From Clostridia bacterium (GTDB lineage: Bacteria; Bacillota; Bacilli; Brevibacillales; Brevibacillaceae): a DNA stretch of 32,608 nucleotides. How positions within the stretch are numbered: the first letter of the stretch is position 1; every line of letters starts with the position of its first letter. The stretch is taken from assembly GCA_050262535.1 (NCBI GenBank), contig JBLNEJ010000042.1:1-32608 (forward strand), read 5' to 3'. The notes beneath the pieces are model-generated. The model saw nothing but the letters and a program-made list of their open reading frames with translations. It was not told where the DNA came from and did no database searches. A program made the position numbers and the translations under genes. Shown here in pieces: positions 1 through 6,987 of the stretch.

Positions 1-926
1 ATTTCGGCCCCGTGCGACACATCCTGCACCGCGGCCGCAATCTGGTTGGATGCCTCCGCTGATTGTTCCGTGCTTGCGGCCAGTTCAGCCGAATGGGCAG
101 ACAGCCTTCCTGCGTTATCATTGATCCCGCTGACCAGCCTGCGAATGCCTTCGATCATGCCGTTAAAATCTGTCATTACACGACCTACCTCGTCGGTTGA
201 GACGTAATGCCCCTGAACCCGCAAATCCCCTGTCTGGGCTTGTCCCATCAGTCCCTGCAGCATCCGTAGCGGCTTGGTGATGCTTCGGCTGACCATTGCG
301 CCAAACAGTAAAAACAGCACGATAGCCGCGATTGTGGCGACGATCATGATCAGACGGGCATTTTCGGCATCCTGGAGATTTTGATGGGTAAGCTCGTCTG
401 CCGCTTTCTGCTTGTAGGTAACCAAGCCATCCAAAAGCTTCGCGTTCATCTCTTCGTTCGTCTGCTTCACATAATCCAGATAGTGGGTATACGCCTCCAG
501 CTTCCGATTATCCCCGGCCATCTTCACGACTTTTTCACGTGATTCAAGAAAGGTCGGAAGCAGCTCCTTGTAGCGGTCAAGCAGCTTTTTTTCCGCTGGG
601 TCCAGTCCCGTTTGCTCATATTGAGCCATCAGCCTTTCGTTTTCAGCTGTCTTCTCACGAATTTTGTCCCCCAGCTCTTTGTGCGTCGATACCTTGATCG
701 TCAGCATCAGCTCGAGCGTATACGTCTCGAGCAGCCGGTTGTTGTTGCGCATCTCGTTGAGCAGCTTGACCGGCAGCAACCGTTCCCGGTACATCAGCTC
801 GGAGCTTTCCTTTAGCCGTTCGATGTACACGTAGCTGGTGAGTCCGACCATGCCAAGAAAACAAGCCGATACCAGCAGCAATACGGAAATTTTTGCCGAA
901 ATATTTACATTGCGCAGGAAAATCAT
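1..926 (-). CDS. Methyl-accepting chemotaxis protein (four-helix-bundle sensor, HAMP, start of signalling domain); 3' part lies outside the window
   Basis: Not in ORF track. Manual translation from ATG 926 (GGAGG at 934-938): MIFLRNVNISAKISVLLLVSACFLGMVGLTSYVYIERLKESSELMYRERLLPV...; second TM helix; HAMP ITKPLRMLQGLMGQAQTGDLRV...STDEVG; MCP-type ELAASTEQSAEASNQIAAAVQDVARGA. Confidence 0.9.
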   Translation of the reverse strand, partial: MIFLRNVNISAKISVLLLVSACFLGMVGLTSYVYIERLKESSELMYRERLLPVKLLNEMRNNNRLLETYTLELMLTIKVSTHKELGDKIREKTAENERLMAQYEQTGLDPAEKKLLDRYKELLPTFLESREKVVKMAGDNRKLEAYTHYLDYVKQTNEEMNAKLLDGLVTYKQKAADELTHQNLQDAENARLIMIVATIAAIVLFLLFGAMVSRSITKPLRMLQGLMGQAQTGDLRVQGHYVSTDEVGRVMTDFNGMIEGIRRLVSGINDNAGRLSAHSAELAASTEQSAEASNQIAAAVQDVSHGAE

Positions 927-973
927 TCTTCATCCTCCGTACCTTATAAAGTAGGAAAAAAGGTCCAGAATTT

Positions 974-1002
974 AAAATACCACTTCCCTGATAGAAGTGG
1001 TA
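974..1002 (-). terminator. Probable intrinsic terminator of the EamA gene
   Basis: Stem taccacttc/gaagtggta (978-1002), followed by TTTT on the minus strand. Confidence 0.55.
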
Positions 1003-1030
1003 CTAAAGTTCAGATTTTTCTTGGAAAAAT

Positions 1031-1933
1031 TTATTTTTCCATGACTTGTTGCGCATTTCGTTTGATTGACGTCTTACGTCCTTTGGCGACAACCAGCACG
1101 ATCAGCAAGGCAGCTGACACTGCTGCAGGGGTCAATGCCTCGTTCAGGAGCAAGGCAGCCCACAGGATGGAGAAAAAGGGCTGCAGGTATTGAATCTGAC
1201 TGACGCGGGCCACTCCGGCAAGCGCCATTCCACCGTACCACCAGAGGAATCCGACAAATTGGCTGATGATGCTGACATACCCGAAGGCAAGCCATGCCGA
1301 TAACGGCGCATGGATGATCTCCTCGGAAAATGTCAGCCCGACGGGTATAAGCAGAAACGGCGCTGCGATCACCAGTGCCCAGCTGATCACCTGCCAGCTG
1401 CCCATATCAGCAGCCAGCCGCCCGCCCTCTGCATAGCCGATTGCCGCCAAAAGCACCGCTCCTACCAGCGCAAGGTCTGCCCATTGCAAGCTTCCCATCC
1501 CTGCGTACCATGCATAAGCAAGCACGATGAGACTCCCGGTGACACTGGCCGCCCAGAACCGCATGGAAGGGTTCTCCCCAGCACGAAAAACGGCTGCGCC
1601 TGCCGTCGCAAGCGGAAGCAACGCGATCACCAGCGCACCATGAATCGCCGGCAGCTGATTCATCGCCCATGAGGTTAGCAAGGGAAAGCCGACCACTACC
1701 CCAAGCGCCACAATCAACAGGCTTCGTACCTGTGACCAGGAATGAAGCCGTTCCCGTTTTACATAAAGAAGAATCCCTGCAAGCACTGCAGCAACAAGCG
1801 CACGGCCCAAGCCGACCAACGTCGGGTTGATCCATTCCACTGCCATGCGCGTCAGTGGCAAGGTAAAGCTGAAAGCAAGCACGCCTAAAAACCCGTATAA
1901 CATTCCTTTGGAATCCCGGTTTATCGTCCCCAT
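1031..1933 (-). CDS. EamA/DMT family transporter (about 10 TM)
   Basis: AFSFTLPLTR, VGLGRALVAA, VARVSQIQYLQPFF motifs and two hydrophobic repeats. Start moved from 1957 to ATG 1933, which has GGGAGG upstream. Confidence 0.9.
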   Translation of the reverse strand: MGTINRDSKGMLYGFLGVLAFSFTLPLTRMAVEWINPTLVGLGRALVAAVLAGILLYVKRERLHSWSQVRSLLIVALGVVVGFPLLTSWAMNQLPAIHGALVIALLPLATAGAAVFRAGENPSMRFWAASVTGSLIVLAYAWYAGMGSLQWADLALVGAVLLAAIGYAEGGRLAADMGSWQVISWALVIAAPFLLIPVGLTFSEEIIHAPLSAWLAFGYVSIISQFVGFLWWYGGMALAGVARVSQIQYLQPFFSILWAALLLNEALTPAAVSAALLIVLVVAKGRKTSIKRNAQQVMEK

Positions 1934-1940
1934 CAAAATC

Positions 1941-1983
1941 AAATCCTCCCTTTCCATTTATTATAGAAAGGGAGGATTTTTTT
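1941..1983. terminator. Perfect 14-bp hairpin (terminator and/or RBS sequestrator)
   Basis: aaatcctccctttc (1941-1954) / gaaagggaggattt (1966-1979); the 11-nt loop contains minus-strand TATAAT (1960-1965). Confidence 0.7.
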
Positions 1984-2025
1984 ACCTCAGCCAATTGGCT
2001 GTCAGATTGATCATCCAATTATGTG

Positions 2026-3729
2026 CTACATCCCGCCTGGCGGTGATGTGGTCGAAAGGATTCCTGCTGTCACCAGCACAGCAAGCGCGAGCAGCAGCTC
2101 AACACGAATTCCCCATGCGAGCGCATCAATGGAGGAATGTCTGGAGGATCCCTCTGTTGCAGGCAGTTTGTCAATTTCGGGCAGCAGGATAAACCGATGA
2201 TAAGCAGCCAGGCACAGCGCAGCGCCGAACAAACCAATTTTCCACATCCAGACAATTCCGTAGCCTGTCTGGATCAGCTCGTTCGGGGAACGGAAGCGCA
2301 GCAGGCTCAATATGACTCCGGACAACACAACAACCGCGACCGAAACAATGGCGATACGCGAAAATTGCTTCATGAGATCCCGCAGCTCCAGCAGCATGGC
2401 CTTTGACGGCTTGGTAGCAAATGAAAGCAGCGTCAACCCGACCAAGCCCCCGACCCATACCGCCGCGAACGCAACGTGCAAGACATCCGTCCGTAGCGCG
2501 GTTCCGCTCGCCGCTCCCCCGCTCATGGCGTGCCCGGTAATTGGCAATGTAATCAACAAGCCTAGAGCAAGCAGCGCCTGACTGGTCGTGATCAGCCCGG
2601 AGCTCCGTTTTGGCCAAAATGCCGTCGCAGCCAAAACCGCTGCCAGCAAAGGTCTCACCCAGCTAACGGTTCCCGTAGCTGTCGATGTGAATATGGTCAG
2701 GACATGGTCCCAATACATCGTAACGTCGTTCGTCAGCTTGGAGGCACGCAACAGCACCTCACTCGCTCCCGTCAGGATCAGGATTGGGAGGGCGATCAGA
2801 AAGGCTGCTTTTTGCATACGGACAATCGTCAGCGCAGGTGCAATCGTCTGACGACCGAAGGCAGGCCATGCACGCAAAAAGACAACCCCGCCGGCAAGCG
2901 ACGCAGCCAGTATTTCCGCTGCGCGCAGCACAGCACTCCAGCTACCGCTTCCGCCATTTCCTTGCATATGATTCATATGGCTCATATGATCCATGTGGTC
3001 GTGCGACTGGGTGGATGCCTCTTGCACCAACTGCTCTGCATTGAATTTGGGCACCTGCTTTTCCTGTTGCGGTCCTCCTGCCGATTGTGCAGGCACCTGA
3101 TCCGGCTGGCCCGTTTGCGATCCAGGCATTGTCACGACAGCTGTCTTCACTGCAGGAGCGGCCTGTTTTTGCATTTCCGACTTTGGCTGCTGCTCTTTAT
3201 TACCCGGTTTCACCGGTTGAGCGGTTCGTTGTACGGTCTTGCCGGCAGGCATTGAAGGGGGCTGCTGTCCGGCAGAAGGCGCTGGAGCCGACTGAACCGG
3301 CTGGACGGGTGCGGAATCGACAGCGTCGTCAAGCGACTTCGTTTCCGCTGGCCGGACCTGTGGCAAGGCGACACCGACCGCAAACCGGAATGATCCTTCT
3401 GTTACATGAGTATCCTCAGATAAAATCTGCCATTCGACATGATAAACGCCGTTCGCCAGATTTGGCACCGACAAAATAATCGATTCGTCATTCTCCGTCC
3501 GCTTTGTGGTGGGAATGACCTTTCCTGCGTCATTTCTCAGCGTTGCCTGGCTTACCTCACCATTGATTTTCTCCGTGAATGTCATCCGTATTTCTTGTGG
3601 CGCGGTTTTCAGCTCCGCTTCCTGTGCCGGTGAGGATGCTCCCATGTAGGCATGTGCCCAGATGGTGGCAGGGAACAGCAACAGCGCAGCCAAACCAACA
3701 CTCCACAGACTGAGCAAAATCCGTCTCAT
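2026..3729 (-). CDS. CopC-CopD fusion metal (copper) uptake protein, YcnJ/CutJ-like, with Pro/Gln-rich linker and His/Met tract
   Basis: Signal peptide ends IWA|HAY (His1); CopC SSPA...F.E...YHVEWQILSEDTH; CopD LPITGHA, DVLHVAFAAVWVGG, FSRIA, TGYG...K. Likely start ATG 3729 (AGGTG RBS); 3753 is possible. Confidence 0.88.
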   Translation of the reverse strand: MRRILLSLWSVGLAALLLFPATIWAHAYMGASSPAQEAELKTAPQEIRMTFTEKINGEVSQATLRNDAGKVIPTTKRTENDESIILSVPNLANGVYHVEWQILSEDTHVTEGSFRFAVGVALPQVRPAETKSLDDAVDSAPVQPVQSAPAPSAGQQPPSMPAGKTVQRTAQPVKPGNKEQQPKSEMQKQAAPAVKTAVVTMPGSQTGQPDQVPAQSAGGPQQEKQVPKFNAEQLVQEASTQSHDHMDHMSHMNHMQGNGGSGSWSAVLRAAEILAASLAGGVVFLRAWPAFGRQTIAPALTIVRMQKAAFLIALPILILTGASEVLLRASKLTNDVTMYWDHVLTIFTSTATGTVSWVRPLLAAVLAATAFWPKRSSGLITTSQALLALGLLITLPITGHAMSGGAASGTALRTDVLHVAFAAVWVGGLVGLTLLSFATKPSKAMLLELRDLMKQFSRIAIVSVAVVVLSGVILSLLRFRSPNELIQTGYGIVWMWKIGLFGAALCLAAYHRFILLPEIDKLPATEGSSRHSSIDALAWGIRVELLLALAVLVTAGILSTTSPPGGM

Positions 3730-3754
3730 CTTGCACTTCACCTGACGTTTCATC

Positions 3755-4816
3755 TTATTTCTTTGCCGTGTACACCAGCAAAGCAGGCTCCACTGCTCCT
3801 ACAGGCGCAAGGTACTCAACCGTTCCACCCAATCCTTCCACCGCCGAGCGCAATTCCACATTGCCTGTTCCGGCAAAATTCGGGTTCACATATGTTTTCA
3901 CGAAAGCAGCGGATACGGTCAGCTTGCCGTTCTTGTTCTCGGTCTTGACATCTGTGATCGGCTTTCCGTTTACATAAAGGACCGGACTTTTTGTTTGAAC
4001 CGCTTTGGGCAGCAGACTTTTTCCATTTTGCACCGTAAATGTCATGGTTGCTTCATAATTGGTCGTATCGTATTTGCCTGCTTCTTTTTCATCTGTTGCC
4101 GGCTTGGCGCGAAGCAGGTAGTAATCGGCAGGACCTGTTGTAAAGCTGATGACTCCGTTTGCATCTGTCTTCACGATTTGGGAATCGGACGTACTGCGGC
4201 GGATGATCGTCACTTCTGTATTCGCCAAAGGCTTGCCTTTGAGCAGTAACTGAACGGCCACCTGTTGATCCGGTGTAATTGCAGCCGGATTAAACTGCGG
4301 AACCAGTTCGGCGCGATCCGTACTGATCGCTTTACCAAAGCCTTTCAATGGCTTTACCCGTTCAACCGTCGGAATATCGCTTACGGCAACAAACGATTTG
4401 GCACTGCGCAACGTACGGCTTGCCACCTCTGCGCCTTTGAAAATGCTGTCGCCTTCCACCGAAACGATATAGGCTCCCGGATTGGATGCAGAGAAAGAAG
4501 CGACGAAAAAGTTGTCATTGCTCGGCTGCTCAACTTCTTTTACTTCTCCCGAATAAAACAGTGTATCAGTGATGTCTGCCTTCACTCCGCTCGGTGATAC
4601 GACATAAACCTTCGAAGACTCCGGGCTCCATTTGCCTGCAATGCGGTAGCTTGCATGATGGTTGGAGTGGTTTCCCAGCATGAGCTCCACATAGGAAACC
4701 TCCCCTTGGGAAATGATCGGCGCATTCGTTTGGGACCAGCCGTCATGGGCCAAAGCCGGTGCCGTCAAGGTAAAGATCAATGCCGCTACTGTTAAAAGTG
4801 AAGCCAGTTTTTTCAT
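3755..4816 (-). CDS. Secreted DUF4198 (NikM-like metal-uptake-associated) protein with C-terminal copper-amine-oxidase-N-like domain
   Basis: Signal peptide MKKLASLL...ALA|HDGW; ELMLGNH..H; RSAKSFV; ELVP; VQLLLKGKPLANTEV; KTDANG; ATMTF; C-terminal VLYVNGK...VELRSAVEGLGGTVEY. Start ATG 4816 (GGGGG RBS). Confidence 0.75.
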   Translation of the reverse strand: MKKLASLLTVAALIFTLTAPALAHDGWSQTNAPIISQGEVSYVELMLGNHSNHHASYRIAGKWSPESSKVYVVSPSGVKADITDTLFYSGEVKEVEQPSNDNFFVASFSASNPGAYIVSVEGDSIFKGAEVASRTLRSAKSFVAVSDIPTVERVKPLKGFGKAISTDRAELVPQFNPAAITPDQQVAVQLLLKGKPLANTEVTIIRRSTSDSQIVKTDANGVISFTTGPADYYLLRAKPATDEKEAGKYDTTNYEATMTFTVQNGKSLLPKAVQTKSPVLYVNGKPITDVKTENKNGKLTVSAAFVKTYVNPNFAGTGNVELRSAVEGLGGTVEYLAPVGAVEPALLVYTAKK

Positions 4817-4842
4817 GGACACAATTCCCCCTAGGACAGAAC

Positions 4843-4861
4843 GATTATGATTCTCAGTATC
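4843..4861 (-). promoter_or_regulatory. Fur box
   Basis: GATACTGAGAATCATAATC matches 16/19 of consensus GATAATGATAATCATTATC; lies between a TATACT -10-like hexamer (4869-4874) and the RBS. Confidence 0.75.
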
Positions 4862-4936
4862 GCTCCCCAGTATACAAGGGAACCAAGCCCATTGAATATG
4901 ACCCGGTTGGGCCATTCCATCCGGTGAATGTGTCGT

Positions 4937-6640
4937 CTACACGTTGAATTTGCTTAACTCCTTATCCAGCGTGCCGGCCATTTCCTCCAATTGGCCAGCC
5001 CTTTGGGCCAACTGTTCTACGGTCGCCGATTGTTCCTTAGCAAAAGTCGAAACCTCTTCTGATGATGCTTTCGTTCGCTCGATGATCTCAACAATTCCAC
5101 CCGTTTCGGAGACGATGCCCTGCATCATGGTATCAACCTGCGAAAGCGAGGTTTGCAGTTCCTTCACATTGCTCTCGGTCAATTCGACCTGCTTGACAAT
5201 GACCGAAAGCGAGTCGCCGCCCTCCCGAATAATATCGAGCTGACGTTTTACCGAAGCCAGATTCCCTTCCATCGTCTCGACTGTTTCAGTGGTCTCCTTC
5301 TGGATGGAGGAAATGAGGCCTGTAATCTGCTGGGCCGCCTGATTCGATTGTTCCGCCAGCACCCGCACCTCATTGGCAACAACCGCAAAGCCTTTTCCTT
5401 GCTCACCAGCACGCGCTGCTTCAATGGCGGCGTTTAGCGCCAGCAGGTTGGTTTGGCTGGAGATTTGGGAAATGGCCGTGATGATTCCGCCAATTTCGTC
5501 CGAGCGATTGCCCAGCCGCTGAATGGAATCTGTCGCAAACTGGACGGTTTCCGTGACATCCCCCAAGTGGGCAATCGCTTCGTTGATGGCAATCTCTCCA
5601 CGTCGGGCCTCCTCCGTGGAGTGCATGGCGGTTTGGACAATCGTCTGAGCCTTTTCGTCCCCCCGATGAATCTGGGTCTTTGCTTTTTCCAGGTAGTCGA
5701 GCACAGTGCTGGCCCGCTCGGCCTGTCGATTCGCTCCACCCGCTACCTCCGCAATCGCTGCCGCGATCTCATGAGCTGCTATTCCCGTCTGATGGGCAAC
5801 CCGATTGACATCCGTGCCGCTCTCCACCAATCGTGTGGAAACCTGCATCAGCTGTTTGACCAAGTTGGACAGGCTACTGACCATTCGATTGAAGTTCTGG
5901 GAAAGCTGTCCGATCTCATCGTTACTGTTCACTTCAAGCGGCGGCAAGGTGAAATCTCCGTTTGTGACACAGTTTAGATGATGGTTTATACGGCTCAACG
6001 GCTTGATATGCTTTTTCACCAGAATGAACGTGACAAGTGCGGCGGCAACCGGCAAGATACAGCCGGCAATGATCGTAAACTTCACCATTTCCCATGTCCG
6101 TTCCGCGACAATACTCGCATCAAAATCGATGGCATTGAGGGCGATGATTTCCTGTGCGGGGTCGTTATGCAAAAAAATGGGCGCGTAGCCTGTGATTCTT
6201 GTCAGATTGGCAAATTCATACGTATCAGTGTAATCTGGGTGCTTCATCTGCTTGATCATGTCCACAGCCTGCTGATCCAGATAAAATCGGTCACCTGCAT
6301 GAAAGCCTTGCTTTTTCATTGACTCGTCCACGGCGAGCAAGGTGCCATCCAGACTGATCACATATTGGTTTTGAAAGATTGGCTTTTGTGCGATCGTCCA
6401 GCTGATTTGCTTTTCTACCTGTTCCAGGCGAGATTGATCTCCTTTCAACAGAGCGTATATATCCTCGGACGCGACCAACCCTGTTGTGATGTTGGCACAT
6501 CCAATCAACTCGATCCCTGCCGCCTTCTTTACTTGCTCATAGCTTGTTTGATAGCTGATGAGCGTAACGAGTCCGATGCTGACCAACACAATCGTCAAGA
6601 CGACAATGGAAATTTTCGCGGTAATACCAAGCTTGTTCAC
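4937..6640 (-). CDS. Methyl-accepting chemotaxis protein (Cache-like sensor, HAMP, signalling domain)
   Basis: [37 protein letters not shown] signature; two TMs; [16 protein letters not shown]. Start GTG 6640 with GGAAGG RBS. Confidence 0.95.
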   Translation of the reverse strand: MNKLGITAKISIVVLTIVLVSIGLVTLISYQTSYEQVKKAAGIELIGCANITTGLVASEDIYALLKGDQSRLEQVEKQISWTIAQKPIFQNQYVISLDGTLLAVDESMKKQGFHAGDRFYLDQQAVDMIKQMKHPDYTDTYEFANLTRITGYAPIFLHNDPAQEIIALNAIDFDASIVAERTWEMVKFTIIAGCILPVAAALVTFILVKKHIKPLSRINHHLNCVTNGDFTLPPLEVNSNDEIGQLSQNFNRMVSSLSNLVKQLMQVSTRLVESGTDVNRVAHQTGIAAHEIAAAIAEVAGGANRQAERASTVLDYLEKAKTQIHRGDEKAQTIVQTAMHSTEEARRGEIAINEAIAHLGDVTETVQFATDSIQRLGNRSDEIGGIITAISQISSQTNLLALNAAIEAARAGEQGKGFAVVANEVRVLAEQSNQAAQQITGLISSIQKETTETVETMEGNLASVKRQLDIIREGGDSLSVIVKQVELTESNVKELQTSLSQVDTMMQGIVSETGGIVEIIERTKASSEEVSTFAKEQSATVEQLAQRAGQLEEMAGTLDKELSKFNV

Positions 6641-6774
6641 ACGACCACCCTTCCCTCTTTCATGATTCGTTCTTTCCCCTGTGTTCCAAAAGATAAACCT
6701 AATAGGAAACATTGTTTGGTCGTGGAGATTTTGTCTCCCTGTACGAGAAGAATGTGAAGAGGTCCGTTCCACGT

Positions 6775-6829
6775 AAAAAAGAAGGGGTGTCTCTCAAGCC
6801 ATCGATCTGCTTGAGAGACCTCCCTTCTT
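6775..6829 (-). terminator. Strong intrinsic terminator ending the transcript antisense to the helD leader
   Basis: Perfect stem gtctctcaagc/gcttgagagac (6789-6819), extended by aagaaggg/cccttctt, with U6 tail (6775-6780) on the minus strand. Confidence 0.85.
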
Positions 6830-6833
6830 CGTA

Positions 6834-6862
6834 TTGAATTCACTCAAAGTCTATGGTAAAAT
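6834..6862 (+). promoter_or_regulatory. sigmaA promoter of helD
   Basis: TTGAAT (6834-6839) - 17 bp - TAAAAT (6857-6862) with extended -10 TG (6854-6855). Confidence 0.7.
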
Positions 6863-6915
6863 GAAGAGTGGTTTTCCATATTTTCGTTAAAATAATAATA
6901 TTTTCCCACACTATT

Positions 6916-6944
6916 ATTTTAACAAAAAACGATCGCTTTGTCAA
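6916..6944 (-). promoter_or_regulatory. Near-consensus sigmaA promoter convergent with the helD promoter
   Basis: TTGACA (6944-6939) - 17 bp - TAAAAT (6921-6916) with extended -10 TG. Confidence 0.85.
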
Positions 6945-6987
6945 ACCATGAAAGCAACAAAAAATGATCGAAAGAGGGTGCCCGCAT

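Larger units (their letters stand above)
6775..6909 (-). ncRNA. Putative ~135-nt anti-helD transcript
   Basis: Bounded by a near-consensus sigmaA promoter (6916-6944) and a terminator (6775-6829); no convincing RBS-ORF inside. Ends are inferred. Confidence 0.55.

Noticed and set aside
655-933. 92-aa minus-strand ORF
   Set aside because: Alternative frame of the partial MCP gene starting at 926.
4841-4861. Zur box reading of the operator before DUF4198
   Set aside because: Matches AAATCGTAATNATTACGATTT much less well than it matches the Fur consensus (16/19).
6641-6910. c-di-GMP riboswitch or leader peptide for the MCP gene (including ORF 6637..6843)
   Set aside because: No GGCAAA...GAAA GEMM core or anti-terminator seen, and the small ORF lacks an RBS. 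An antisense-promoter/terminator unit fits better, though attenuated read-through into the MCP is not excluded.
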